Shown: piece after piece, positions 1 to 10,850 of the stretch
Layout: every line of letters begins with the position of its first letter
Position numbering within the stretch: position 1 is the first letter of the stretch
Source of the DNA: Minisyncoccota bacterium
Lineage (GTDB): Bacteria > Patescibacteriota > Minisyncoccia > Moranbacterales > UBA2206
DNA length: 64,000 nt
Direction: 5' to 3'
Assembly: GCA_031291955.1 (NCBI GenBank)
Contig: JARLIA010000005.1
Span: 74,034 to 138,033 of the forward strand
Notes under the pieces: model-generated
What the model was told of the DNA's origin: nothing
Database searches by the model: none
The model's input: only the letters and a program-made list of their open reading frames with translations
Position numbers and translations under genes: made by a program

Positions 1-239
1 AAAGCGGGGAAATAAATTCCGACGTGGCCGATAAGGAGGCGGTAATAGAAAAGCTAAGGGGAAAATATGCCGACGGAAAACTGGATACGCTCGACGGCAT
101 CCGGATCGATTATCCCGACTGGTGGTTTAATGTCCGCCCAAGTAACACCGAACCGAAACTGCGTCTTAATCTGGAAGCCAAGACCGAAAAATTGATGGCG
201 GAGAAAAGAGACGAAGTTTTGGCGATAATACGAAATTAA
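1..239 (+). CDS. phosphomannomutase/phosphoglucomutase, C-terminal fragment (5' end lies outside the window)
   Basis: The frame of the 24..239 ORF stays open back to base 3. The tail carries the alpha-D-phosphohexomutase domain-4 motif RPSNTEPKLRLNLEA. Confidence 0.8.
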   Translation, partial: SGEINSDVADKEAVIEKLRGKYADGKLDTLDGIRIDYPDWWFNVRPSNTEPKLRLNLEAKTEKLMAEKRDEVLAIIRN

Positions 240-245
240 AAAAAT

Positions 246-275
246 AGCCGTTTCTTTTTAAAGAAACAGCCGGCT
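246..275. terminator. bidirectional hairpin between convergent genes
   Basis: AGCCG-TTTCTTT...AAAGAAA-CGGCT inverted repeat in an A/T-rich context between the PMM stop and the 274..477 stop. Confidence 0.5.
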
Positions 276-477
276 AGAGGTTGTTGTACACGAAATCCAG
301 TTCGTCTTGGATCTTTTCGGCCACTTTCGGCCAATGAGGTTTCAGATAATTTATAATACCCTCGAAGTTCCAGCCAAGGGCTTCGCCTTCTTCTAAAAAT
401 TTCTGATAGAAAGCCTCATCGTCCAAGTCCCAATAGCGAATACAAAAGAGTTTTATTTTTTCTGCCAGTGTTTGCAT
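274..477 (-). CDS. hypothetical small acidic protein (67 aa)
   Basis: ATG-initiated ORF filling the gap between two genes. No family recognised. Confidence 0.45.
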   Translation of the reverse strand: MQTLAEKIKLFCIRYWDLDDEAFYQKFLEEGEALGWNFEGIINYLKPHWPKVAEKIQDELDFVYNNL

Positions 478-498
478 TTCGCATCCCTCTGAAAGATA

Positions 499-1485
499 CT
501 ACAGAACAAATCCGATTTTCTTTTTCACTTCCTCCATTTTGGCGGTCGCCAGCAGCCGGACTTTTTCGGCTCCGGCCCGCAAGATTTCCAGCACTTTTTC
601 GTCGTCGTATTCTTTGAGTTTTTTCTGGAACGGTTCCAAGAAAGCGATCGTCACATCGGCGAGACCGTTTTTGAATTCGGCGTAGCCTTTGCCGGCGTAT
701 TCTTTCTCAATCTCTTCCGGCTTTTTGTCGGCCAGCAAGGAATAAATATTGATCAGATTTTTCAGGGCCGGTTTCTCGTCGGAATAAACTATTTCCGAAC
801 CGGAATCGGTGACGGCTTTTTTGATTTTCCGCCGCACCGTTTCTTCGTCGTCGGTGAGCGCGATGTAATTATATTCGGATTTCGCCGATTTAGACATCTT
901 TTTGGTCGGGTCATCCAAGCCCATAATGTTGGCGCTTTCTTTGGTTGTGTAGCCTTTGGGAAGGATGAAAGTCTCGCCAAATTTATTATTAAACCGGCTG
1001 GCCAAATCTCTTGTCAGCTCAATGTGTTGCATTTGATCTTTGCCGACCGGAACTAAATTAGTATCATAAAGAATAATATCGGCCGCCATGAGTACGGGGT
1101 AGTCAAACAGCCCCATACTAATCTTTGATTTGTCCAGCTTTTCCGATTTATCCTTGAATTGCGTCATTCTTTCCATCTCGGGAATTTTGGTAATCGTATT
1201 TAAAATCCAAGCCAACTCGGTGTGTTCAGAAACGTGCGACTGGATGAAGATAGAACACTTGGACGGATCGATGCCGGCGGCCAGATATATTTTGGCGATT
1301 TCGATGGTTTTTTTCTTGAGGGCTTCCGGATCCTGGGGGACGGTGATGGCGTGGAGATCGACCACGCAAAAAATCGAGTCGTACTCGTCCTGGAGTTTGG
1401 CCCAATTTTTGATGGCGCCCAAATAGTTGCCTAAATGCAGGTTGCCACTCGGCTGGATGCCGGAAAAGATGCGAGGTTTATTCAT
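499..1485 (-). CDS. trpS: tryptophanyl-tRNA synthetase
   Basis: Class I signatures GNLHLGNY (HIGH-type) and KMSKS. Start moved to the ATG at 1485 (MNKPRIFSGIQPSG); the 36-aa upstream extension in the track reads through an intergenic repeat. Confidence 0.93.
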   Translation of the reverse strand: MNKPRIFSGIQPSGNLHLGNYLGAIKNWAKLQDEYDSIFCVVDLHAITVPQDPEALKKKTIEIAKIYLAAGIDPSKCSIFIQSHVSEHTELAWILNTITKIPEMERMTQFKDKSEKLDKSKISMGLFDYPVLMAADIILYDTNLVPVGKDQMQHIELTRDLASRFNNKFGETFILPKGYTTKESANIMGLDDPTKKMSKSAKSEYNYIALTDDEETVRRKIKKAVTDSGSEIVYSDEKPALKNLINIYSLLADKKPEEIEKEYAGKGYAEFKNGLADVTIAFLEPFQKKLKEYDDEKVLEILRAGAEKVRLLATAKMEEVKKKIGFVL

Positions 1486-1490
1486 ATAGC

Positions 1491-1524
1491 AAGTATAAAG
1501 TATCAAGTATAAAGTATCAAGTAG
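1491..1524. repeat. tandem 14-nt word repeat (AAGTATAAAGTATC, about 2.4 copies)
   Basis: Direct reading. Lies in the divergent trpS/pilin intergenic region. Confidence 0.8.
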
Positions 1525-1616
1525 AGACGGCGATTCATCGCGCTGTCCGCCGTATCTTGTGTGGAACGGTTTTTTGGAATAGAATAAAAGCATAAATCAA
1601 AACATCAAATCCGGCC

Positions 1617-2099
1617 ATGCAAAATAAAAACAAAAAAGGATTCACCTTGATAGAAATTTTGACAATCGTGGCCATAATTTCTATTTTGGTGTCGATGATT
1701 TTGGTCAGCATCTATGGAGCCAAAGTCAAGGCGGGGGACAACGCCGCTTTTACCAGCATTCAGTCTTCGGCTTCGGCCGCCTACATGTGTCTTTTGGCTG
1801 AATCGTCAGGAGTTAGTCTGACTGTACCACATGACGCGTCTTCGCCCGATGTTTGTTCTGTGGGCGGTTCGTCGTCATGGCCGCCACTGACCAAGGATAG
1901 TTGGCACTACGATGTTTCCGGAAGCGACGGTTTTTTCTGGTGTTCTATAAATGGAAGCAACCCGCCAAATACTTGCAGTTCTCCCGGATCGGGCGGTTGC
2001 GGTTACGTGGCTACGAGTGGCACTTTTTGCTATATTCTGCAAAATGGAACCAAAAAAATGTGGTGCACGGTTGACGGCTGCCGCAAGACGGGATTTTAA
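1617..2099 (+). CDS. type IV pilin-like protein (prepilin N-terminal cleavage/methylation domain), Cys-rich C-terminus
   Basis: N-terminus KKGFTLIEILTIVAIISILVSMILV is the classic G|FTLIE prepilin signal plus hydrophobic helix. Confidence 0.8.
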   Translation: MQNKNKKGFTLIEILTIVAIISILVSMILVSIYGAKVKAGDNAAFTSIQSSASAAYMCLLAESSGVSLTVPHDASSPDVCSVGGSSSWPPLTKDSWHYDVSGSDGFFWCSINGSNPPNTCSSPGSGGCGYVATSGTFCYILQNGTKKMWCTVDGCRKTGF

Positions 2100-2125
2100 A
2101 ATATATTTCTTTTGGGTGAAAAGAA

Positions 2126-2148
2126 AAAAACGGACTTAGTCCGTTTTT
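2126..2148. terminator. bidirectional rho-independent terminator
   Basis: AAAAACGGAC-TTA-GTCCGTTTTT perfect hairpin with A and T tracts between convergent genes. Confidence 0.7.
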
Positions 2149-2156
2149 CTTTTTAT

Positions 2157-2981
2157 TTATTTGCAAGGTTGGGTGAGGATGGGCATGGCGCCGCCGGAAC
2201 AGTGGGGAGGAAATTTTTTGATAACCTGTCTGGTTTGGATCCCTTGGTTGCAAGTGTTCCAATTGCTGTAGGCAAAATTCTGACACTCAAGCGGGACGTA
2301 GTCGCTGCTTTCCGGGCCGCAACTGACTTGGTTTTTGGTAACAAAAATCAGAGCGATAACCAAGAGAACGACAGCAACGAGACCCAAAAAGGTCAGACCT
2401 TTCCAGGTGCGCACCTTTTTCCGGCTGGCCACCACCACTCCGTTTTGCCAAAAGTTTCCCAGCTCGCCCGCGATCTTGTCAATCTCTCGGTCCGAGTCCT
2501 CCTTGAGGCGGGTTTCCATTTGACGGGAACCTTTTCGGACCGTTCCTAAATAATCGGCCAGCGTTACGATGCCGACAATATTTTTCTCGCTATCCACGAC
2601 CGGAAAAGTAGTGAACTTGGTTTCTTTGACTTTGTCCATCAGTGTTGCCACGTCGTCTTCAACTGAAAGCGTCAAAGGATTGGCAGTCATAATGTCTTCG
2701 GCTTTGGCCGTGGCAAGAGTTTCGATCTTTTTTTTCAAATCACTCGGCAAGTGCTCGGCCACTTGGCTTTCTTCCAAGAATTTCAGATAGGTTGGGAAAT
2801 ATATGTCGTCAAATTTCTTGAGGAAGAAGTCGTCTTCGGTGATAAGGCCGACCACTTTTTTTCCTTCTGTTACCGGCACGCCATGGAAGCGATTGGTGAA
2901 CATCAGATCGGAAACTTTGGCAATAGCGGTTTCCGGCGAAACGGTGACGACGTCCCTGGTCATTATGTCTTTTATTTGCAT
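2157..2981 (-). CDS. CBS-pair protein with one TM helix and a C-terminal extracytoplasmic Cys-rich module
   Basis: Two CBS repeats (MTRDVVTVSPET..., MTANPLTLSVEDD...). TM segment GLTFLGLVAVVLLVIALIFV. Tail CGPESSDYVPLECQNFAYSNWNTCNQGIQTRQVIKKFPPHCSGGAMPILTQPC. Confidence 0.8.
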   Translation of the reverse strand: MQIKDIMTRDVVTVSPETAIAKVSDLMFTNRFHGVPVTEGKKVVGLITEDDFFLKKFDDIYFPTYLKFLEESQVAEHLPSDLKKKIETLATAKAEDIMTANPLTLSVEDDVATLMDKVKETKFTTFPVVDSEKNIVGIVTLADYLGTVRKGSRQMETRLKEDSDREIDKIAGELGNFWQNGVVVASRKKVRTWKGLTFLGLVAVVLLVIALIFVTKNQVSCGPESSDYVPLECQNFAYSNWNTCNQGIQTRQVIKKFPPHCSGGAMPILTQPCK

Positions 2982-3115
2982 ATTTTTTATTTTGGTACAG
3001 TGACTTAGTCTTTGTTAAATTATAGCAAAAATGAGACAGTAGGACAAATGACTGTTTTTGTGCTAGACTTTATCAGCTGGCCGGAAGGCTTATTTAATTT
3101 TTTAAAAATGAAATT

Positions 3116-3469
3116 ATGCGAGACATCCAAGAAGTTTATAATGAACTGCAGGAGAACAAAAAAGAGCAGAAAAGCATCAAGCGCGAATACAAGGACGCCT
3201 TGGTCAATGCCAACGAATATGAAGAGACGGTCGAGGAGACGAAAAAACTGCGCGAAAAGAAAAAGCAGATCGAGACTATGACTCAATCCCGTCTCGGTGC
3301 CCGCTGGGACGAATTCGAAACACTGAAAGCCAAGGCTGATGAACTGGCCCAAATGATGACCGATATCGCCATGAGCAATTTGGCTGAAGGCAAAACCATC
3401 GCCGTGAAAGACCAATTTGGGAATGACTATGAGCCGGTGTATAAAATTTCTTTCAAGAAGATCGGGTAA
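3116..3469 (+). CDS. hypothetical coiled-coil protein (117 aa)
   Basis: Charged heptad-like sequence, followed by a terminator. No family recognised. Confidence 0.5.
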   Translation: MRDIQEVYNELQENKKEQKSIKREYKDALVNANEYEETVEETKKLREKKKQIETMTQSRLGARWDEFETLKAKADELAQMMTDIAMSNLAEGKTIAVKDQFGNDYEPVYKISFKKIG

Positions 3470-3492
3470 CTCGGAATCATGGAGCGTGGAAC

Positions 3493-3520
3493 AAAAACAC
3501 TACAGGGGGTAGTGTTTTTT
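3493..3520 (+). terminator. rho-independent terminator
   Basis: ACACTAC-AGGGG-GTAGTGT hairpin followed by a T tract. Confidence 0.65.
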
Positions 3521-3577
3521 GTTTGGGTGCATATTGAGTAGAGGCCTCTATGGAAGCCTCTATCTTTTAAAATAAAA

Positions 3578-3609
3578 AAAGTCCAGGCGAGACGCGACGC
3601 CTGGACTTT
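3578..3609 (-). terminator. rho-independent terminator of the 3630..3818 gene
   Basis: AAAGTCCAGGCG...CGCCTGGACTTT 12-bp stem with flanking A/T tracts. Confidence 0.65.
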
Positions 3610-3629
3610 GTGGGAAGGGATAAAACTTT

Positions 3630-3818
3630 TTATCGAACCCAAATTCGCGGAATGACACGTGGACCATCTTCTTTGAGTTTGGCCCGTAAAATTGCATCCT
3701 CTTTGGGATCGAGTTTCAAAATAGATTCTAAAGAACTGTCTTCTGCGAGTAAAAACCGCTTTCCTTTTGGGTCAAACTTTTTTATTGCTCGCTCTAATTC
3801 TTCATCTGTTACAGTCAT
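3630..3818 (-). CDS. hypothetical small protein (62 aa)
   Basis: ATG ORF between RNase J and a terminator. No family recognised. Confidence 0.4.
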   Translation of the reverse strand: MTVTDEELERAIKKFDPKGKRFLLAEDSSLESILKLDPKEDAILRAKLKEDGPRVIPRIWVR

Positions 3819-3854
3819 GGCAGATCTCCTGTCTTTGGCATAATATATAGTATT

Positions 3855-5654
3855 TTACACTTCGATCACCACTGGCAGAACCATCGGTCGCCGCTCCGTC
3901 TTTTGGAAAAGGTAGAGGCCGACAACTTCGCGGATTTTGTCTTCGATGAATTTCTTTTCGACAGAAGTGTTCTTGGAAGTTGTTTCTTTGATGGCCTTTT
4001 GGATCTTGCGTTTGGCTTCGTTCACCAGGTCGAAGTTATCCTTGACGTAGATGAAGCCGCGGGAAGTGACTTGGATGTTGCCGACCACTTTTTTGGTCTT
4101 GCTGTCCAGAAGGATGGTGATGACAAACATTCCGTCTTCGGAAAGGACTTGGCGGTCGCGGAGAACCACCTGGCCGATGTCGCCGATGCCCAGTCCATCG
4201 ACAAAGACGTAGCTCGTGTCGACTTTTTTAGCCAGCACCCGGGCCACGCCCCGTTGTATTTCCAAAACATTTCCATTATCCAAAACGAAAATATTTTCCT
4301 TCCGAAAGCCGATATGTTCGGCCAGTTTGGCGGCCTCTTTCAGCATATAGTGGTTGGCGTAGACCGGTACGAAAATGTCCGGGCGGACCTGGCGCAGCAT
4401 CTCCTCGATATCCGGGGCGCTACAGTGTCCGCTGGTGTGGAGATCCATCAGATTGCCGTGGATGACATTGTCGCATTTCCGGTAAAGGTTGTCTTTCAGC
4501 CGTTGGATGGTGCGTTCGTTGCCTGGAATGACGGAAGAAGAGAAAATTATTGTGTCGGTCTTTTTTATTTTGACGTGGCGATCATTGTCGGTGATGATCC
4601 GGGAAAGCGCGGCGTTATCTTCACCCTGCGCTCCGGTGCAAATGACCACGATCCGGTTTTCCGGAAACTTTCCGATCTCGGAAACCGGAATGAGCGTCTC
4701 TTTATGCGCCTTGATATAGCCCAGGCTTTTGGCGATCTCCACGTTCATCTTCATGCTATATCCCATAAGCGCCACCTTCTTGCCGATTTTTTCGGAGTAT
4801 TCCAGGATATGCCCGATCCTTTTGATCTGGGAAGAAAACGTGCCGATAATGATTTTTCCGGAAGCGGCGCTGATCAGTTTTTCCAAATTGCGATACATCT
4901 CCGCTTCAGTGGTGCGGTTGGGATTGGTAACGATGGCGCCCAAGCTCTCCAGCATCAGGATGCGCGGACTGGGAAGTCCTGTCAGGTGATGATAGGAAAT
5001 CGTTTTGCCCGAAGCGCTGTCTTTTTCCATTGTCCAGTCCCCGGGATGAATGACCGTTCCATCGGGAGTGCGGATGATCACGCCGACCGCGTCCATGATG
5101 GAATGCTCGACTTCAAAGAACGAAATTTCAAATTTGCCCAAGCGTATTTTGTCATCGGCCGAAGCGACTCGTCTGGTTTTGAGATTTTGAGATGAACCTT
5201 TTTCAAAATCTTCCATCCTTCTTTTTACCATGGCGATAGTCAGGTCGCGGCCGATGATCGGCGGATAGCCCAAGCTCTTGAGCAGGATCGGCGCCGCGCC
5301 GATGTGGTCAAGATGGCCGTGGCTCAAGATGACGCCGCGGATGTTTTTTTCTTTCCCTTTCAGATAGCTGATATTGGGAATGATGTAGTCGATACCGGGC
5401 ATGTCTTCCTCAGGGAATTGGATGCCCATATCTAAAATCACGATATCTCCGGCGTATTCGAAGACCGTCATGTTGCGGCCGACTTCCTCGTTTCCTCCCA
5501 AGGGGATGATGCGCAAAGTATCTCTGGTCGAGCCATGTGCTGGACGTCGAGAAGGGGATGATTGTGATTTGGTTGGCTTATTATCAGTCGCGGGAATTGC
5601 GTCCATGTTGTGTGTCCGGCCATAATGGTCAGGTCTGTTTTTTGGCTTATGCAT
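3855..5654 (-). CDS. rnj: ribonuclease J (metallo-beta-lactamase / beta-CASP), paralog 1
   Basis: HGHLDHIG metal motif, beta-CASP body and an RNase J C-terminal domain. Colinear similarity to the neighbouring paralog. Confidence 0.9.
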   Translation of the reverse strand: MHKPKNRPDHYGRTHNMDAIPATDNKPTKSQSSPSRRPAHGSTRDTLRIIPLGGNEEVGRNMTVFEYAGDIVILDMGIQFPEEDMPGIDYIIPNISYLKGKEKNIRGVILSHGHLDHIGAAPILLKSLGYPPIIGRDLTIAMVKRRMEDFEKGSSQNLKTRRVASADDKIRLGKFEISFFEVEHSIMDAVGVIIRTPDGTVIHPGDWTMEKDSASGKTISYHHLTGLPSPRILMLESLGAIVTNPNRTTEAEMYRNLEKLISAASGKIIIGTFSSQIKRIGHILEYSEKIGKKVALMGYSMKMNVEIAKSLGYIKAHKETLIPVSEIGKFPENRIVVICTGAQGEDNAALSRIITDNDRHVKIKKTDTIIFSSSVIPGNERTIQRLKDNLYRKCDNVIHGNLMDLHTSGHCSAPDIEEMLRQVRPDIFVPVYANHYMLKEAAKLAEHIGFRKENIFVLDNGNVLEIQRGVARVLAKKVDTSYVFVDGLGIGDIGQVVLRDRQVLSEDGMFVITILLDSKTKKVVGNIQVTSRGFIYVKDNFDLVNEAKRKIQKAIKETTSKNTSVEKKFIEDKIREVVGLYLFQKTERRPMVLPVVIEV

Positions 5655-5691
5655 AGTTAGGTAATAATTTTTTAATTTAAAATTTTATTTG

Positions 5692-7506
5692 TTAAACTTC
5701 TATTACAACCGGCAGAATCATGGGTCTTCTTTCCGTTTTTTGGTAGAGATATTGGCCGACGACTTCCCGGATGTTGTTTTTGACGTAGTCCCAGTTGACG
5801 GCTTGGTCGGGAGAAGTTTTTTGGGCCACTACTTCTTCGACTTTTTTCTTGGTGGCGTTCACGAGATCAAAGTTTTCTTTCACAAAAATAAATCCGCGAG
5901 AAGTGACTTGAGGTTTCCCGATGATCTTTTTCGTTTTGCTGTCGATAACCACGGTGATGACAAACATCCCGTCTTTGGCCAGGAGCTGGCGGTCGCGCAG
6001 CACTACTTGTCCCACGTCGCCCACTCCCAGTCCGTCCACCATGACGTTGGAAAGCGGAATTTTTTCGTTGGTCACCTTGCCGTTGCTGCGATAATCTAAT
6101 TCGATGACCCGGCCGTTTTCGCCAATGAGAATTTTGTCTTCTTTCATTCCGACCGCGAGTCCCAGTTCGCCGTGGAGTTTCAGCATGAAATAGTTGCCAT
6201 GGACGGGAATCAAGTATTTCGGCCGGATGAGATTGATCATCATCTTGAGATCTTCCTGGCGCGCGTGACCGCCAGCGTGGACATCCATCATTTTATAGTT
6301 GATGACTTTGGCGTCGTGGCGATAGATCGTGTCCATAATTCCTTGGACCGTCCGTTCATTTCCCGGAATGACCGAAGACGAAAGGACGAAGGTGTCATTT
6401 TTGTGGACTTTTACGAACCGGTGTTCGCCATTGACGATCCGCATGAGGACCGCATTGGATTCGCCTTGCGAGCCGGTGCAGAGAATGGCCACTTTGTTGT
6501 CGGGATATTCATTGACTTTGGAAATAGGAATGAACGTATTCTTTTTAGTCTGGAGATATCCGAGCGAGCGGGCGATTTCTACATTGGTTTTCATGGAATA
6601 GCCGTCCACGGCCACTTTTCGGCCGTGTTTTTCGGCGGCCGCTACCACCGATTGGATGCGGCTAATGAGCGAGGAGAAGGTGGCAAAAATAAGGCGCCCC
6701 TCCCGGGTCTGTTCAAAGATCTCATCCAGGGTTTTGGCAATCTTGGATTCGGACAGGGAATATCCGGGTGTGCGCGAATCGGTCGAGTCGCTCATGAGGG
6801 CTAGGACATTTTCGCTGCCGAGCCGGGCGATCTTGGCCACGTCGGCCGGTGCGTCAGAGATGGGGGAATGATCGAACTTGAAATCACCAGTGTGGACCAC
6901 GGTGCCGACCGGCGTAGTGATGGCCAGGCCCACCGCGTCGGGGATGGTATGGTTGACGTGGAAAAATTCTATGGAAAACGACCCGAGCCGGATGCGGTCG
7001 ATTTTTTTGACGGTGTGAATATTGAGCGGAGCCTTGTCTTGGTAATCCTCTTGGCGTTTCATAACGATGCCGCGGGTCAGTTCGGTCATATAGATCGGAG
7101 GATTGCCGAGTTTTTCCATCAGGTGCGGAATGGCGCCGATGTGGTCATAGTGTCCATGGGTGATTAAAACGCCGCGGATGTTATTTTCTTTGCCTTTCAA
7201 GTACGTTACGTCCGGGATGAGATAATCGATGCCGGGCATGTCCTCGTCCGGGAATTGCAGTCCCATGTCGACGATGATGATGTCCTGGCCATACTCAAAA
7301 ACGGTCATATTGCGGCCAATCTCCTCGAGGCCACCGAGCGGAATGATCCGGAGACTAGGGTTGCCACGGCCAAAAACGTGCGCCGCTGGCTTTCTCTGGG
7401 CGATGACGCCGGTTTTTATGACCGGGGCAACAGCTAAACCAGTCTGGCCAAAGTCGGCCGGTTCCTTCGGTTTTCTGAACATAAATTTGGAAGTGAAGTT
7501 GCTCAT
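5692..7506 (-). CDS. rnj: ribonuclease J, paralog 2
   Basis: HGHYDHIG motif. Colinear with paralog 1 over the whole length. ATG at 7506 preferred over the TTG at 7515. Confidence 0.9.
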   Translation of the reverse strand: MSNFTSKFMFRKPKEPADFGQTGLAVAPVIKTGVIAQRKPAAHVFGRGNPSLRIIPLGGLEEIGRNMTVFEYGQDIIIVDMGLQFPDEDMPGIDYLIPDVTYLKGKENNIRGVLITHGHYDHIGAIPHLMEKLGNPPIYMTELTRGIVMKRQEDYQDKAPLNIHTVKKIDRIRLGSFSIEFFHVNHTIPDAVGLAITTPVGTVVHTGDFKFDHSPISDAPADVAKIARLGSENVLALMSDSTDSRTPGYSLSESKIAKTLDEIFEQTREGRLIFATFSSLISRIQSVVAAAEKHGRKVAVDGYSMKTNVEIARSLGYLQTKKNTFIPISKVNEYPDNKVAILCTGSQGESNAVLMRIVNGEHRFVKVHKNDTFVLSSSVIPGNERTVQGIMDTIYRHDAKVINYKMMDVHAGGHARQEDLKMMINLIRPKYLIPVHGNYFMLKLHGELGLAVGMKEDKILIGENGRVIELDYRSNGKVTNEKIPLSNVMVDGLGVGDVGQVVLRDRQLLAKDGMFVITVVIDSKTKKIIGKPQVTSRGFIFVKENFDLVNATKKKVEEVVAQKTSPDQAVNWDYVKNNIREVVGQYLYQKTERRPMILPVVIEV

Positions 7507-7867
7507 AACGAGCAAACTTTGTTAGTTGCTGCGAATTGAAAATAATACGCGGCAATTTTGATTAAAGACTTTATTAATTCAAATCAAGCTATGATTTTTG
7601 AAGCAAAAGATTCAGAAATATTTTCCGAATTGAAGTGAAATAAAAAAAGTGGCGCCTTGATGAAGAGTTGAACTTCAAAGCCAAAAACTATTTTTTGACT
7701 ACTAACCTGTAAGGCAAAAGATTTTGCGAATAATACAAATAATACTAAAGAAGAAAACAAAAAGAAGACAAAAAGCGAAAGACGGAAGAAGAAGCTGATG
7801 AAGCTATTGTATCACAAGAGTATACACGAGGACAGGGAGAAAGTCAAGTCAAGTAGGATAATCAGGC

Positions 7868-9259
7868 TTATTTAGAGGTTTTTTTGTCCCGGTTGTAGAC
7901 GTCTTCATAGCGGATAATGTCATCTTCGCCCAGGTAGCTTCCGGTTTGGACTTCGATGATTTCCAGATTTATTTTGCCGGGGTTGCTGAGGCGATGTTTG
8001 TTGCCCATCGGAATAAAAGTACTTTCGTTTTCATGGAGGGTGATTTCTTTTTCACCGTTGACGATTTGGGCCGTCCCATAGACCACGATCCAGTGTTCGG
8101 CCCGGTGATTGTGGGACTGCAGGCTCAATTTGGCGCCGGGGTAAACCGTGATTTTTTTCACCTGGTGCTGCGAGCCGGCGATCAAGACTTCATATTTCCC
8201 CCAGGGGCGGTGGACGATGATGTTATGCTCCAGTTCCGGCATCTTGTTTTCCTTGAGATAATCAACTATCTTTTTGACGTCCTGGCCGCAGCCTTTCCGG
8301 TGGACCAGGATGCTGTCGGTGTTTTCCACAATAACCAAGTCTTTCACGCCAACGGTGGCAATCAGTTTGTTGCCGGCCGAAAGGGCGTAGATGTTGTCGG
8401 AATCGACGGCGACAGTGCGGGTGCGGTTGTCTTTGCCTTGGATCTCGCTCAAGTTTTCGAACGAGCCGATGTCGCTCCAACCGAAGTTGCCTTCAAAAAC
8501 GACCATGGTTGTAGATTTTTCACTGATAGCGTAGTCGATGGAAGTGGACGGAAGGTTAGAAAAATTTTTAAGCAGTTCAGAGAGACTTCCTGCGGCAATT
8601 TTGGAAATTTCCGGCGCGTGAAGAGCCAGTTCCCGCCAGAAGGCGGCCGGTGTAAAGAGATACATCCCGCCGTTCCAGACGTAAGCGCCCGAGGCTAAAT
8701 ATTTTTCGGCCGTTTCCTTATCTGGTTTTTCGGAAAAACCGGAAACAGTGGAATAGGCACCCTTGTCTTGGTCTTTTTTAATGTAACCGTAGCCGGTTTC
8801 CGGTCGGGTGGGCGTGATGCCGATGGTGCCGATGTTGGCGCCGACGTTTTCAAAGGCGTTTTTTAGGACGGCTAGATATTTCTCCCGATCGCCGATGTAG
8901 TGGTCGGAAGGCAAAAATGCGATCGGTTCGTTTTTCCCGACGCCGAATTTTTCTTCCATATATTTAACAGCGAGCGTGATAGCCGGCGCGGTATTGAGGC
9001 TTTCTGGTTCCACGATGATTTGCGTTTCGTTGAAATCTCCGTTTTCCATTTCCTTGATCTGGTTGGCCACATTGAAAAAACTTTCGTAATTAGTGATGAA
9101 AAAAATGTGGTCGGCCGGCATGAGAGCCCGCATCCGGGAGTATGTTTCCTGGATGAGTGAACGATCGCTGAAAAGGTCGAGGAATTGCTTGGGGAAATTT
9201 TTTCGGGAAAGCGGCCAGAGGCGCGAGCCCGATCCGCCGCAAAGAATGACGCTATACAT
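7868..9259 (-). CDS. manC: mannose-1-phosphate guanylyltransferase / mannose-6-phosphate isomerase (bifunctional type)
   Basis: N-terminal GGSGSRLWPLSR nucleotidyltransferase motif and a C-terminal cupin with HNHRAEHW. Confidence 0.9.
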   Translation of the reverse strand: MYSVILCGGSGSRLWPLSRKNFPKQFLDLFSDRSLIQETYSRMRALMPADHIFFITNYESFFNVANQIKEMENGDFNETQIIVEPESLNTAPAITLAVKYMEEKFGVGKNEPIAFLPSDHYIGDREKYLAVLKNAFENVGANIGTIGITPTRPETGYGYIKKDQDKGAYSTVSGFSEKPDKETAEKYLASGAYVWNGGMYLFTPAAFWRELALHAPEISKIAAGSLSELLKNFSNLPSTSIDYAISEKSTTMVVFEGNFGWSDIGSFENLSEIQGKDNRTRTVAVDSDNIYALSAGNKLIATVGVKDLVIVENTDSILVHRKGCGQDVKKIVDYLKENKMPELEHNIIVHRPWGKYEVLIAGSQHQVKKITVYPGAKLSLQSHNHRAEHWIVVYGTAQIVNGEKEITLHENESTFIPMGNKHRLSNPGKINLEIIEVQTGSYLGEDDIIRYEDVYNRDKKTSK

Positions 9260-9279
9260 ATCGATAAATTTATTTGTTA

Positions 9280-10839
<1,560 letters not shown>

Positions 10840-10850
10840 TTACTTAGCCT

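Noticed and set aside
1486-1593. N-terminal extensions offered by the ORF track: TrpS +36 aa, phosphorylase 53622-53777, VanW +13 aa, amidohydrolase +15 aa, GH13 +4 aa, GDE-like +22 aa and glycogen synthase-like +11 aa.
   Set aside because: The extensions start at TTG/GTG or read through intergenic repeats or the preceding gene. Internal ATGs restore canonical N-termini (signal peptide, conserved first motif).
3903-5195. 430-aa plus-strand ORF, plus other long ORFs antisense to conserved genes: 5689..6099, 6172..6804, 7946..8698, 18967..19734, 19196..19927, 21010..21861, 25370..26014, 27726..28499, 37692..38381, 39271..40020, 55780..56532 and 63085..63891.
   Set aside because: Each lies entirely opposite a gene with unmistakable conserved motifs (RNase J, ManC, UvrB, UvrA, PilB, PilC, GT). 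Their products are low-complexity or Arg/Gly/Phe-rich shadow translations with no recognisable motifs.
7516-7867. A 350-nt A/G-rich spacer upstream of RNase J paralog 2, considered as an independent ncRNA gene.
   Set aside because: I could define no clear promoter/terminator pair or stable conserved-looking structure. It is more simply the manC terminator region plus the rnj promoter and 5' UTR. It is mentioned only as context.
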